Shown: positions 1 through 13,356 of the stretch, piece by piece
Numbering within the stretch: position 1 is the stretch's first letter
How the letters are laid out: each line of letters starts with the position of its first letter
DNA from: Zootoca vivipara
Lineage: Eukaryota
DNA length: 64,000 nucleotides
Assembly (NCBI RefSeq): GCF_963506605.1
Contig: NC_083292.1
Location: forward strand, 31,558,001-31,622,000
Reading direction: 5' to 3'
The notes under the pieces: model-generated
What the model saw: the letters and a program-made list of their open reading frames with translations, nothing else
The model's database searches: none
What the model was told of the DNA's origin: nothing
Made by a program: the position numbers and the translations under genes

Positions 1-3000
1 CCAGATGTTTTGAGACTACAATTCCCATCATCCCTGACTACTGGTCCTGTTAGCTAGGGATGATGGGAGTTGTAGTCCCAAAACATCTGGAGGGCTGAGT
101 TTGCCTATGTCTGCTCTAGGCTTATTTGCAAGGGTGGTTTTCTCATTAGAGATGTTATTTCTTCATCTGCACATCTAACAAGCAGCTGATGAAAACCCAG
201 GCGGCCAAACAACTAAACCAGGCAGATCTATGCATGTCAGTTCAGAAGCAAGCCCTGTGGTGTTCAGTGAGTTTGCACTTCAAGATGCAAGTGTGCCTGG
301 GGTTGTGGCCTGAGAGGTCTTACAGTGGTCGGGTGACGGGGAATCTGTCAGTCATAGGAATGAGTGCTTTTGATATGCATTGCAGCATAGTATTGAGGGT
401 AGGTCTTTGCTTCTCTGCAACAGCTAGATAGCACACAAACAAGACAGCACCCTAAACAAGCACAGCTGGCTCCTTGAACAATCAGAGCACTTGCCCACTC
501 AGATATCCCCTGAAACGCATATGGGTTCATCAGCAGATGTGCCAAGGGGTCCCCCTGGGCAGGTAAGCAGTATGGAATGCATTCCAAGGTTTTGGAAAAC
601 TACACTCACTTCTCAGAGAGACTGGAACTGCCCGCTACATGCAAGTGTGTGTGTGAGTGAAGGTCTTCACTTAGGCTTGAGAATCTGTGGCCCACCCAGC
701 AGCCTCAGCCACTGTGGTCCAATGGTCAGGGGTGATGGGAGTTGTTGTCCAGCAGTATCTAGAAGGCCAATGGTTCCCCCTTAGACTGGGGCACATCAAC
801 TTTTTAATGTCTGGGGGCACATCTGGAATTTTGAGTGAGGGTCTTCCGCTGGCCACTTCTCTCTCCCCTCAGCTGGATCTCTCCCCCTGCCCCCCCCCCA
901 ACAAGACAGAAAGAGAAAAGCACACACATACGGACCTTGTTTTTCCGAGAAATCTGGGTAAAAGTCACATATAGCAGAATTAATCTAAGACTTAAAAAGC
1001 ACATGGAGCTTTCTTCCAACTTCCAGTTTCAACTCTATGTACTTTTTAAGGGAGAAAAAGATCTAAGGAAGGCTCTTATTATGTATTGGACTGCTGTCAT
1101 CAAGCCATACATAACACCCCCGATGCACGGTGTGTGAGTTTAAAGGGAATCCTACAGGGCCCTGGGTTTGGAAGTACGCAAGCTCTCATCTAGGACTAAA
1201 CATGGTCTACACAGAACCAGAGAAAGGAGACAGCAGCAAGCAGCCCATCAGCATGTTCTTCTGGCAAGGACTTAAAAGTGTGAGCGCCCTCTCCGATATG
1301 AAACAATTTCTATTAGCAGCAACCTCCCGATACCAACCAGCACAGAGAAAAAGAGGCAAGAAAAAGTCCAACATTTCTGCTACTAGAAATGCACTATACG
1401 GAATGAGCGGCAAAATGGGCCTTGGTCTCCTACACTGGCACATTTTGCTTCAAAAGACAAACATTCGGGAATTTCACTTCATTTGTTTTCTTTGCTTTTT
1501 TTGCGAGACCATAAGAAACATATCAGAAAGCTGGATCTGACATCAAGGCTGGTCTCTTAGGCTTAGCACAGCCTGGAAATTGCAGGTACAATAGCAATAC
1601 TTTCTCCACATGTTACATGGCAGTAAACCAGAGATGAGGAACCTTTTGCCCACCAGATGCTGCTAGACTTCAGCTCCCTTTGTCCCTGACCATTGGCTAT
1701 GCTGCCTGGGGCTGATGGAGCCTGAGAACATTGTTGAACTACAACTCCCAGCATCCCTAACAATTGGCCATGGTGGCTAGGGCTGATGGGAGTTGGGAGT
1801 CTAACAACAACTGGAGGGCCACAGGGTCTCCACCCCTGCCCAGCGTTGCCACCCACCATATTCTAAAGATGTGGCAACCAGCTATGGCACTCTTAAAACA
1901 GTCCTTTAACTGCATTATGTACAGAGAGAAGAATATTGCAGCACCTTTAAGCAGTGGCAGACAATGTGGTTCCCTCCAGAGGTTGCTGGACTACAACTCC
2001 CATTATCCCTGATTGGTGGCCATGCTAGCTGAGCTGGAGTCTCAACAACAGGCACCACATAGGCTACCCCTGAACACAAGACTAATAAATTTAGGCTACA
2101 ATCCCATACCCATTTACCTGGGAGTAAACCTCACTGAATTTAGGGACACGTTTATCTCTCAATATTGCGCTCTTATCACGGCAGATACTTTTGCGGACTC
2201 AAGAGACATGCAACTGTGCCACAATAAGCATGTAAGCCAGCGATTCCCAAATTTGGGTCTCTAGCTGTTTTGAACTACAATCCCCATCATTCCTGAGCAC
2301 TGGTCCTGAAAGCTAGGGATGATGGGAGTTGTAGGCCAAAAACTGGTTTGGGAAAAACTGGTAAGCCTTTAAGGAGGGGTGGGCAACCTGTGGCCCTCCA
2401 GACGCTGTTGGACTCCAACTCCCACCAGCCCCCAGTCAGCATGGCCAATGATTGGGAGAAATGGGAATTGTAGTCCAGCACCATTAGGAAGGTCACTGAT
2501 GTTCTCCACCCCTGCTTTAAGGTGGCACAATATTTCTTTGGTATTCATTTGTATAATATCTGGATATCTATTAGCCTCATTTGCACACTACCTTTGTGTT
2601 TCTGCTTAAAGAGCAAGCAAACAAAATGTGTGAAAGAGTCGGGGAAATTACTTAACAACCTGGGACAGAGTTAGAAATCATAGGCGACAAGGACAAAAGG
2701 ACATGATCCAGCCAAAGTGAAGCAAGCTTTGATGCCTTTATGCCTAGAACTTCATCTCTCTGAGCATGGGTATGTGTGAGCAAGGGCCATAGCTCAGGGG
2801 CAGAGCATCTGCCTGGCATGCGGAAGGTGCCAGGTTCAGTCCCCAGCATCTCCAGTTAGGGCTGAGAATGTCCCCTGCCTGAAACCCTGGAGAATTGCTG
2901 CCAGTCGGTGTAGACAATACTGAGCTGGAGGTAGGGCAGCTTCCTCTTCCTTTTTATTCAAATCCCGTTCAAAATCCCATTCACCCCAAGGCTATTGGCT

Positions 3001-3703
3001 CATCCTCCCGGTCCTCATTCTTAACCAAAACCCAGGATTTTGCCCAACCCCATTCCCTCCCATTTGCTGTAAATCTCCACTGTCTAAATATTTTAGGCTG
3101 CCTATGTCAGGTATGGGGAAATTTTGGCCTTCCAGATGTTGCTCAACTGCAACTTCCATCAGCCCTAGCAAGCCAGTAATGATGGGAGTTGTAGTTCAGC
3201 AACATCTGGAAAGTCACAGGTTCCCTACACCTCCCTATGTACTGCTGTCAAGATGCCATGTACACTGATGGGGTGGTAATAACAATGATAATAATACAAT
3301 TCCAGGAAAAACAGAATAAACCTAAGCATTGGGCTTCAACTTTACTATGTCGAAAGTAAAACGACTTAAATCTGGCTGGATCACACCCAGACTTTTTACT
3401 TTTATTTTTAACAGGGACACTTTGATTTGGCTGCTGCCAGCACTGAGTCGCATGAAATTCAACTTCATAAACTTACTCAAGGCAAGGTTTGCGGGAAACG
3501 GGACAGTCAAATGCGTTCATGCACACCTTGGAAACAGAGCTAAAGGCTGCCACACACCCTCAAGGATTTGAGAGGGCAGCAACTAACCACAGGGATCCCC
3601 AAATACGGCACAGGTAAAGGTGGGCAGGGAATGGCAGAGCCACTGTCTAGGCGGCGGCGGGTGGGGAGGGTTTTAGAAACAGTAGCAGAAGCTGCAGATT
3701 TAC

Positions 3704-3769
3704 CTAGAGAAAAGGTTCTTGATCCTATCCCAAATGCTAACGACCGTGCTACTAACTTTATCCGAGAAA
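3704..3769 (-). CDS. GANAB: GANAB 66-nt alternatively spliced exon (FSDKVSSTVVSIWDRIKNLFSR); gene continues beyond window start
   Basis: Phase 2-2 symmetric exon; matches the mammalian long-isoform insert [22 protein letters not shown]. Confidence 0.9.
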
Positions 3770-5161
3770 CTGGGGGGGCCGAGCGGGAGGGGGAGGCACA
3801 AACCAACAAAAACAGAAAACACAACGAGAGTCAGTGCAAGGAATCCCAGAGACGTAGAGACACATTCCTCCAGCCAGCCCCCCAACCACCCCTGAAAATG
3901 GCCCTGCTCTTCCCTCCAGGACAACTAGGACTGGGGAGCAAGGGTAGGGAAAAGGGGGCAGGGTAGGTAAACTGAGACCCCCTTCCCACCCCTTGTACAG
4001 AAAGCCTGCTGCTTTCCCTAGCCCAGTCTTCCCTCAACCTGGTGTCCTCCAGACACTATGAACTTCAGTTCCCATCAGACCCATCCAGGACAGCTGAGGC
4101 TGATGGGATTTGGAGTCCGAACAGCAGAGGAAAGCAGGTTTCCTAGCCCTGCTTTAAGAGATGTGCTTGTGACATGCTCTCGCTCTACAGAATGAATCAC
4201 AGAGCTGGAAGAGATCTTGGAGATGACGTAGTTCAGCCTCCAGGATCATACTGCAGCACAGCTCACCCAGATGTTGCTGGACTACAATTCCCATCACCAC
4301 TGACCATTGGGCTGTGCCTGGTGGAAGCCATAGTCCAACACCACCCAGAGAGCACCAGGTTGGGAAGGCTGACCTAAGCTATACCCCTCCCTCTTCTCCA
4401 ACATCCTGGATGATAGCAACTTCTGGCCTTGTGCCCCGAAGAGAGGGTGTGAATGAAACCCATACAAAGAGGCCTTTGCTCAGTCGCCCAGGCCCGAATG
4501 GAGGTTGAAACATCACTACAGTGTTCCCCACTGGTGGGAGGCTGGAGATGAAAAGCATCAGAGAGCCCCATCAGGTCTTGCCTGGTAGCACTTCCCAGTG
4601 AGAGTGCGGGGTTAAAAACACACCCAGAAAGGCTTCTGGCACAGGCCCCTTTTGCAGGCACCCGTGAAGCACTGGGAGCACCCCTTGCTCCTGCTGGAAG
4701 AAAAAGCAGACTGCAGCTAAAAGGGTTATTTAGCTGCATTGCAGAGGGTTGGGACTAGATGACTATTTGGGTCTCGCCTAACTCTACAAAATATTATTCT
4801 AGGAAACAGGCCGTCCCCGCTTTCCACAAATCAGGACTCCTGCCTCATACCGAATACCCCACCCCACAACCCATTCTGGAATGGGAAGGGTAGACCCATA
4901 GGGAAGTCAATGGTGTGAAATGAAAGAGGAGGCCGACCTCTCCTTTCTACACCCCATTTCCCTGGGTCAGCCGCTTTTCCTAGAAGACTTGAAAGCAGCA
5001 GGCTCCCACCTGTCAGATACACCCCAACCTTGTCCATTGACAGATCCCCTTTCCCTTGTTTGTTTGCTTGATCTTTTTCGTTTGAGGAAGACAGAAGCTG
5101 CCTAGAAGCCAGGAACAGCATTCCCCTCCCTTTCCCCTGTGCCGACGGCCCCGGTACTCAC

Positions 5162-5341
5162 GAGTCCTTCCGCTGCCGCAGGTGCTCAAAGACAAGCAGC
5201 CCCCGGGAGTTGACGCTCAGCACCAGCTCCCGCCCTTCCAGCAAGTCCATGCGGAAGGGCTTGGCCGTCAGAATCAGCTTGTGGTTCCCCTCGCCCAGGG
5301 ACAGCTCCACGCTGTTATCGTCCCGGCCTGTGACAGATAAT
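5162..5341 (-). CDS. GANAB: GANAB exon 5 ([36 protein letters not shown]...[11 protein letters not shown])
   Basis: 180 nt inside ORF 5158..5529; strong similarity to GANAB; gtgagt donor. Confidence 0.95.
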
Positions 5342-6092
5342 CTTTGGTGGGAGGTGGGGGTAGGAGGATTAAGGGGAAAGAACAGAGCAGGTGGCATGAA
5401 GAAAGGGAAGCGTCTAAAGAGAGGGCAGGAAGATATCCTCATGGCTACATAAAAGATCCTGGGCGCTATTCTATAGACTAGGGCTGGGCGATATATTGAT
5501 GTATGGTCCAAACCCAGTTTCACGTTCATAATGTGATCTTTGACCTAGCAATGTACCACAAATCATGATAATGCGTGATTCACATAGCAAATATTATTTT
5601 TTGCTATGCAAAAATCACAACGTGGGAAGAACGGTAAAGCCAACCAATGCCTCTACATAGCTCCATCCTTATTTCTGACATTGTGACATATCAGTATATC
5701 GCGATGTTGAAAATCAGCTATCACCCTGCCCTACTATAGACTGCTGCTACTTTGTGGTGGGAATCAACCAGGCCCTGACAAGATCTTGCTGGATCTTCGG
5801 GCGCAGAAAGGAAGGGCAGATGCTGTTTCGCTCCCCCACCCCAGGGGGAAGGGTTCCCTTTAAAGCAGGGAACCTTTTCAAGTGCGAGGGACACATTCCC
5901 TTCAAGACAACCTTCTGGAGGCGCCATGCAAGTGGTGGGTGGGGCTTGAGGGGGAAAGTGGGTGGGGCAACAAACACAAATTCCCCATCCCACCCTGGGC
6001 CTGAGGTTCCCTGCCCCTACACTAAACCGCTGTGCCTTCTCCTCACATCCCACGGTGAGCTAGGATGTATAAATGGCCCTCCATCTGCGTAC

Positions 6093-6220
6093 CTGGTAGT
6101 GGACGGGTCCTGGACTAACACATCTGGTACCTCATAGCGGGGCTTGAGCGGGTTCAACTCATTGATCCGGATCCGGGTCATGTTCCCTTTCAAGCCGTAG
6201 AGCTCGAGGAGGAGAGGGAC
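6093..6220 (-). CDS. GANAB: GANAB exon 4 ([42 protein letters not shown])
   Basis: 128 nt, AG/GT bounded, NMTR.RI.EL.P..PRY.VPDVLV motif. Confidence 0.95.
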
Positions 6221-7093
6221 CTGAAGGCAGAGAGCAGGGTCAAGTCCTGTCTTTTTCCAGAGGTGGGGAACATCTGTGGCCCTCCAGATGTTGCTGGAGT
6301 ACAGCTCCCATCATACCTGACCGCTGGCCATGCTGGCTGGGGCTGATTGGATTCCAATGTCATGTGGAGGGCCCCCAGGTTCCCTGTCCCTGTTTTACAC
6401 TGAGGGTCCAGCCCCACAGCTGAGACTGCTGCCTGATACATGTATGTTTACAAGCATGGCCTACATTTGGCTGGCAGCAGCTCTCCAAAAATTCGGATAA
6501 GGGCCTTTCCAGCCTTGCAAATGGAGGTTGTTTTTAGTGATGAGCTGAGGGGGATTGAAATTGTGAGCTTCTCTACACCAGCCACCTGTTCTTTCACTGA
6601 GCTACACAGATGTAGGATATCCACCTTGTACCAAGTCATAAATTTGGCACTCTAGTCAAGCACTCTCTCCTCCAGGGCAGCAGTTATCCAGGGTCTCTCT
6701 GGCAGATGCCCTCCAACTAGTGTTCAAAATTAGCCAGGTGCCAGGCGTGTTTTGCGAATTACATGGACCACATGGAGATCGCTGGACACCAGGTTGGCGA
6801 CTGACATCTCCATCTGGCTGGCCACTCCAGCTTTCTTAAGCAGGTAAGCGGAAGAGCTTATTTCTTGCATTTATATCCTACCTTTTTCTCCAAAGAGTGC
6901 ATGGTTCATCCCACTCCTCAATTAATCCCTGCAAGGACCCTATGAGGTAGGTCAAGACACTGCGACTGGCCCAAGGTCACCCAGAGAGCTTCATGACTGA
7001 ATGGGGATTTGAACCCCAATTTCCCAGGTCCTAGTCCAACACTCTAACCACTACACCACCCTGGCTACCTAGGGTTTCAACTCGTCAATTCAC

Positions 7094-7202
7094 CTTGTTA
7101 GCTTCATTGATGAGCTGGATCTTCATGGAATCCTGGCTGAGCTGCAGCGACTCCAGCAGCGCCCTGTAGGGTGAACTCCCAGCTTCCACGTTCCTCTGGC
7201 GC
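7094..7202 (-). CDS. GANAB: GANAB exon 3 (RQRNVEAGSSPYRALLESLQLSQDSMKIQLINEANK)
   Basis: 109 nt, AG/GT bounded, SPYRALL motif, phase consistent. Confidence 0.95.
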
Positions 7203-7886
7203 CTAGGGAGAGGAAACCATGGTTACTGGAGGCAAATGATCAGGGCCACCTTTTACTATCCCTCCCTCCCATTTTAGGAAGCTTGTTTGTTTCTGTACTC
7301 GTAGCCACAAGAGGAAACTTCACGGCACAGGGAAAGGACCTCATCCTTTCCTCGGGGAACAGGAATCCTGTTGAGGAAATGAGCGCCAGCCCTTTTTCCT
7401 CAGCCAGGACAAACATTTAAACTTTTAAAAAAAATATTTCTAAGCTGCTTTTAGTAATATCGTTTTAATGCTGCTATTTTTCACTCTGGGCTCCTTTGGA
7501 GCAATACAATGAAGAAATAAATAACAGGAACATCAGACGAGCATCCTGTTCCCACACTGGTCAACCAGATGCCTCAGTAGGAAGCCTGCAAGGAGGACGT
7601 GAGGACAACAGCAAATGATTTCCAGGGACTGCTGTTCAGAGGCATACTACCTCTGACCGGTGGGGAGAGTCAAAATTGAGGCTATCAGTGGCTGACTGAT
7701 GCTTTTATTGTAAGAAGATAAGAGCCTGCTGGATCAGGCCGGAGGCCTACCTAGTCCTGTATCCTGTTCTTATACTGGTCAAACAGATCCTTAAGGGAAG
7801 ACCACAAGCAAGACCTGAGTACAACAGCAACGCTCTCCCCACTCGAGAGCCCTCCCCTGACAGCAGATATAAGGCGCCCAACTTAC

Positions 7887-7988
7887 TTGCAAAAGGAGCT
7901 CTGGTCGCATGTCTTGAAGTTGCTTCTGTCCACAGCATAGACAACAGCCAGGCAAAGAGCTAACCAAGCAAGAGCTGCCATCTCGAGT
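7887..7988 (-). CDS. GANAB: GANAB exon 2 (signal peptide, [34 protein letters not shown])
   Basis: ccaatag acceptor and gtaagt donor; [15 protein letters not shown] matches GANAB. Confidence 0.95.
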
Positions 7989-8264
7989 CTATTGGGAAGG
8001 AAGAAGTTTCTCCATGCAATACATTGTTAACTTGCAGACTCTCCACCACCAGATGTACTTGAGGGCTGCTGGCTCACAGAGACAGCAAGCGCGTTTTGAT
8101 GCAAACGGCCCCAGATTCATCTCCAGGTAGGGCAGACTCCCTGCCTGAAACCCTGGAGTGCTGCTGCCAGCAAGTTCAGACAATACTGAGCTAGAGGGAC
8201 CAGGGTCTCACTATATGTGCCTGCTCCAAGCCAGCTAGCATTAACCAACAACTACTTACATCTT

Positions 8265-8624
8265 GGGACCCAGGTGGCGCTGTGGGTTAAACCACAGAGT
8301 CTAGGGCTTGCTGATCAGAAGGTCAGCGGTTTGAATCCCTGCAACGGGGTGAGCCCCCGTTGCTCAGTCCGAGCTCCTGCCCACCTAGCAGTTCGAAAGC
8401 ACATCAAAGTGCAAGTAGATAAATAGGGACCGCTCCGGTGGGAAGGTAAACGGCGTTTCCGTGCACTGCTCTGGTTCGCCAGAAGCAGCTTTGTCATGCT
8501 GGCCACATGACCCGGAAGCTGTCTGCGGACAAACGCCGGCTCCCTCGGCCTATAGAGCGAGATGAGCGCCGCAACCCCAGAGTCAGACACGACTGGACCT
8601 GATGGTCAGGGGCCCCTTTACCTT
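8265..8624 (+). mobile_element. Sauria SINE
   Basis: tRNA-like head GGGACCCAGGTGGCGCTGTGGGTTAAA, ACCTTT tail, TSD TACTTACATCTT. Confidence 0.85.
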
Positions 8625-11600
8625 TACTTACATCTTACAACTACTTTGATTGTGCTCAAAAGGGATGTTTTAAGGCCCAGGTGCCACCTGGAATTTCTAC
8701 ACCAGCCTAACCCAAGCAGGGCAGACACAAAATGCCTTTTCAAAGCTAAGATCCCACTGACACAGGCTGCTCAATTGCTTCACTGAAAAAGGGAAATGAG
8801 AATGGGAATACAGAAGATACACAGAATAATAGAATCATAGAATTGTAGAGTTGGAAGGGACCATGAGGTTCACCTAGTACAACCCCAGCAATGCAGGAAT
8901 CTTTTGCCCAATGTGTGGCTCAAACCCTTGGCTCTGACATTAAGAGAATCATGCTCTAGCATTGAACAACATCCTTTTGGGGGGGGGGGGTAATCAGGAC
9001 TGCTGAGACTATCTGCATGTAAAGCAGATGCTCTACCACCGAACTACAGCCCTTCCCCACAGTGTTTAAAAACACAGGTCCTGCGCAAGCTCTCAACTGA
9101 AAGATGGCTTCTGGATTGCCTTATCTCATCTGTAGTGTAGTAATGACAAAAAGAAAGATCAGGATCACCAGATAGGAACAGAGAAAACTGCTTTACACCA
9201 AAGCAGACCATTGCTTCATCTAACTCACTGCTGTCTACACTGGCATCAGTTCTCCAGGGTCTCAGACAACAGGCTTTGCCAGCCTGACCTAGATGCACTG
9301 GGGATCGAAGCTAGGATCTGTGCCTGACCTACACAACATGATTTTTTTTAAATGCAGGAGATTTATAAATCACATAATTTTTACAAACCTCTCTACGTGG
9401 TGTACAACTAAAACTATAGATAAACAACAGCTGCAATCTACTAACCAATTAGAAATGCACAAAACCATTATGATTAAAACGCAGAATAAAAGAATAAAAT
9501 GTAGGTAACCAAATTATATGTCTAGGCAGGCATGCAAAAATGCACACTCACACACAAATCAGCATTGGCAGAACATCAACAAGGGGTTCTGGCTCCTAAT
9601 TATTTAACAACAGCAACAAGAGAAAGCTTTTCTCTCTCCCCAAATTAGGCAGTTAGAATCCCACATATAAAGCTCACTCAAGGGGATTTGTACTTGTACA
9701 TGCACATTATCCCCATTTCTGGCTCATGAGGCGTTTCCTCCTCTTCTCCAGCCACTATACCTGTCTCTGAATGGTGGAGCTTGGGGCCTTAGTAAAAACA
9801 CCAGAGTGGGATTCCACCTAAACAGCTTTTGCTCACATCCACAACACGCTGAAAGCCCTGCCTCAGCATTATGTTCTACCTTGATCACTGGCATCCTGCA
9901 ATGGGGTACTTCTCATGGTCCCGCATGCCCCTGGGTTTTGGTGAGCCCTGCTCGGTGAAACTTCCTGCCAGTGAAGGTTTGGCAGGAATCATCTCTGCCT
10001 CCTTTCATGTATCTCCAAAAAACTGTGTTATTCAGACAGGCCTTTGCAATGTGGATTTCTTATTGCCAATGAATATCTACTGATATTCTTACTGATGTTT
10101 TTATGTCTCTTAATGTAATTTTGTACACTGTATACCAACCTGCTATATGTTTTTTTTAAGTGCAGTCTATAAACACTTTAATAAATAAATGGATATGTTA
10201 ATACATAATAAGAGCAGCGCTTTTATACCACTTGAGCAATCAAGGCTTCCCCAAAGAATCCTGGAAACTGTGTTTTGTGAAGGATGTAGAGGATCATAGC
10301 TCTTGAGAGTTCTCCCAATAACTCTCAGCACAAACTACAGTTCCCAAGATTCTTGAGTGGGAAACGGGGAGTCATGACTATTAAAGAAGCATGAGAGTGC
10401 TTTCAATGTATAGAGAAGATGCGACTGTAAAATCTGCCAACACCTGTTCTTGACGCACAGACTCATTCATAGCAGGAATTCCAAGATGGGACCAGCCATC
10501 TGCTGTGCCGTCAGTGATCAGGAAGTAGCTTCTAGAGACAGAACTATGGGCACAGGGAGAGTGCAAAGGGCAAACAGAGCTCTCCACTGCTGGTGTGAAG
10601 GTCAGTGCTCGTTTCCACACATGCTGCATCTGAGTGATCAAAGGCTGAAAAGCAGGAGCCATGTGCTAATAGCAGGATCAGCACACTGGGCTGGACAAGA
10701 CCTCACTTGCAAAAGCACTAAGTTCTGAAGGCAGTTTCAGTAATAAAAAGATAAAAAGAAAAACTGCCCCTTTATTTTTTGGTTCCTCATCTTTTTCAAA
10801 ACATAGTTCCTTGAGGCAGGGACCTGTCCTTTTTGGTCGTCCACATTATTTTGAAAAGTATTTTGAAGCACACCACGAAAACAAAAACTAAGGGAAATAA
10901 TCACAACCATGCCATGGTTCAATCACAAGAACTACAATTGGGATGGGTATTAGGGAACATAGAAAACCATCTTATATAGAATCAGACTATTGGTGTGCCT
11001 AGCTCAGTCTTGTCTAAACGGACTTGCAGCAGCTCTCCAGGGTTTTAGGCAGGGTCTCTTCCAGCTCTACCTAAAGATTTTGGGGACTGAACTTGGGACC
11101 TTCTGCATACAAAGCAGATGTTCTACCACTGAGCTGTGAACACAGCACAGGTACATAGGAAGCTGCTTTGTACGGTACTGAGTTGGCACAATGGTTCATC
11201 TAGGCCAGAGTTCTTGACACTGACTGCCAGTGGCATCTCCAATCAGATGCTCTACAGCACAGACACAGACCCATGGCTATGCAAAAATGTGCAGAGCACA
11301 GTCCACAGTACAAATCATTTTCATAGTTTTCTGTAAATCTCAGCAGAATAAAGTTTCCAGTCCTCAAGAACATACAAAATGAATGTAATGGAATATGAAA
11401 TGGTCAACAAGCAAAAAGGCTCAGTGCTGTGCTTCTTAATAACTGGTACAGAGCACAGCAAACTAAAAAAGGACTGCTGGATCAAGTCAAAGCCCCATCT
11501 AGTCCAAGATCCTGTTGTCACATCCAAACCTGATCCTTGAAGAATCTTGCAAACTAAGTTTGAAATCACAGCCCAGCCTTGGCTTTGCTTAGGTGGTTTT

Positions 11601-12288
11601 AGACTAGTGTCCCCTGAACTTGGTCTGCCAAAATGGAAATATTGGATTATCTGCTTCATAATAAAAAATAATTGTGGAGATGAATTAGAGAAAGGTCACA
11701 CCCACGCCATACATTGGGAGGCCTAGCTACACCGCAAAATATCCAGAGAAGTGGAGTTGGTTAAGGGCTCTGGGAACTGTAGATCCCTGACAGGGTAAAT
11801 TAGTTCCCAGGATTCTTTGCACTGGGTATTTTGAATGCATCGTGTGCGCACAGCACAGGTAGACAGACGTACAGGCAGGTGGCTGCATTCTAAGGGGTCT
11901 GCAAGCCTTAGAAGGGGCTTATGGGGGTTGCACAAATGGAAAGGGGTCCTGCAAGGGATTCGGGGACCACGGGCTGGGTGGGTGAGCAGGGGCAAGGAGC
12001 AGCACGCGCACCTGTGAGGCGACCTGCGGGAAGGAGGTCTATTCCAGAAGCGACGTGGAAGCACAATGGGGGCGGGGAGAACATGTGGGGTTGGAGGGCG
12101 GGAATAAGGCGACTGTGGGAAGGCAGCGGGGGCTGAAGGGAAGCCCCGGAAGTTAAAGTGTAATTCAGGAGGAATGAAGAGTTGGTGGTATTCGGTGGGG
12201 AGGCAGGGAACCCATTCTAAAAACAGCCCTCACCCCCCCCACACACACCCCGCGTAGCCGCCACCCCACAAGTGAGCCTCGCTCTCAC

Positions 12289-12314
12289 CTCCCTGCTGCC
12301 GCCGCCGCCGCCAT
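12289..12314 (-). CDS. GANAB: GANAB (glucosidase II alpha) coding exon 1, MAAAAAAG(R)
   Basis: CpG-rich region, Kozak-like ccaagATGG, AG|gtgaga donor; joins in frame to exon 2. Confidence 0.88.
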
Positions 12315-12680
12315 CTTGGATCCCGCTTGACTGGCCCCTCCCGCCGAGGGTTATCGTCCCCACCCCGTCCCCACCGAGGCTTCTTATTGGATCCCACGAC
12401 ATGAGCCCGCCCCTTCGCTTCTCGAATCGGCCGGCCGCTCCGCCGCGGGTCCCTCCCACTCACTGTTGCATTATTCATGAGCGGGCTTTCCCGGCGCGTG
12501 CGTACACCGGAGGTGGCAAAGGCACGTTTCCCGGGAGCGGGGGATGGGGGCAGCGCTCGGACACCTGGGTCCCGTTCTGGGAAATGATGATACGAAGCTT
12601 CGGTGCCTGGATCCTGTTGTGAGATGGGACATTCGAACGCCTGGGTCCCGTCCTGGGAGAATGAACATCAGGGATCCGAT
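12315..12680 (-). promoter_or_regulatory. GANAB CpG-island promoter
   Basis: High CpG; CCAAT (attgg 12386-12390) and GC box (cccgccc) upstream of ATG. Confidence 0.7.
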
Positions 12681-12872
12681 TCTGAGAAAGGAGTCTTGGA
12701 CTGGTCCTGGCCCCTTACTGAAATTTTAGAAAGTGAGCAGTAGGATGTGTGTTCTGTTCATCTAGCCAAAACCGCGAAGCCAGCTGTCCCCCACCGCAAT
12801 GCCCCAAACTCAATGGAACTCTTTTTCTTTTGAGGGCTTATGTACTCTGTTCATTTGGGGTTGTATATATCC

Positions 12873-13356
12873 GCTCACTGGAAGGACAGATCGTGAAGCT
12901 GAGGCTCCAATACTTTGGCCACCTCATGAGAAGAGAAGACTCCCTGGAAAAGACCCTGATGTTGGGAAAGATGGAGGGCACAAGGAGAAGGGGATGCCCT
13001 CCATCTTTCCCAACATCAGGGTCTTTTCCAGGGAGTCTTCTCTTCTCATGAGGTGGCCAAAGTATTGGAGCCTCAGCTTCACGATCTGTCCTTCCAGTGA
13101 GCACTCAGGGCTGATTTCCTTCAGAATGGATAGGTTTGATCTTCTAGCAGTCCATGGGACTCTCAAGAGTCTCCTCCAACACCATAATTCAAAAGCATCA
13201 ATTCTTCGGTGATCATTCTTCTTTATGGTCCAGCTCTCACTTCCATACACCACTACTGGGAAAATGATAGCTTTAACTATATGGACCTTTATCGGCAAGG
13301 TGATGTCTCTGGTTTTTAAGATGCTGTCTAGGTTTGTCATTGCTTTTCTCCCCAGC
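12873..13356 (-). mobile_element. RTE-BovB fragment with 108-bp fold-back
   Basis: ORF RRIDAFELWCWRRLLRVPW..LQYFGHLMRR. Confidence 0.88.

Noticed and set aside
932-953. Possible GANAB microexon (ttttacccag acceptor; 18 or 22 nt)
   Set aside because: The frame-preserving donor is weak and the better donor shifts frame; no independent support
8265-8345. tRNA-like A/B boxes here and at other SINE heads
   Set aside because: SINE heads; no complete cloverleaf
12386-12398. ERSE-II-like ATTGG-ATC-CCACG in GANAB promoter
   Set aside because: Spacer is 3 nt rather than 1 and it is not preserved in the duplicate
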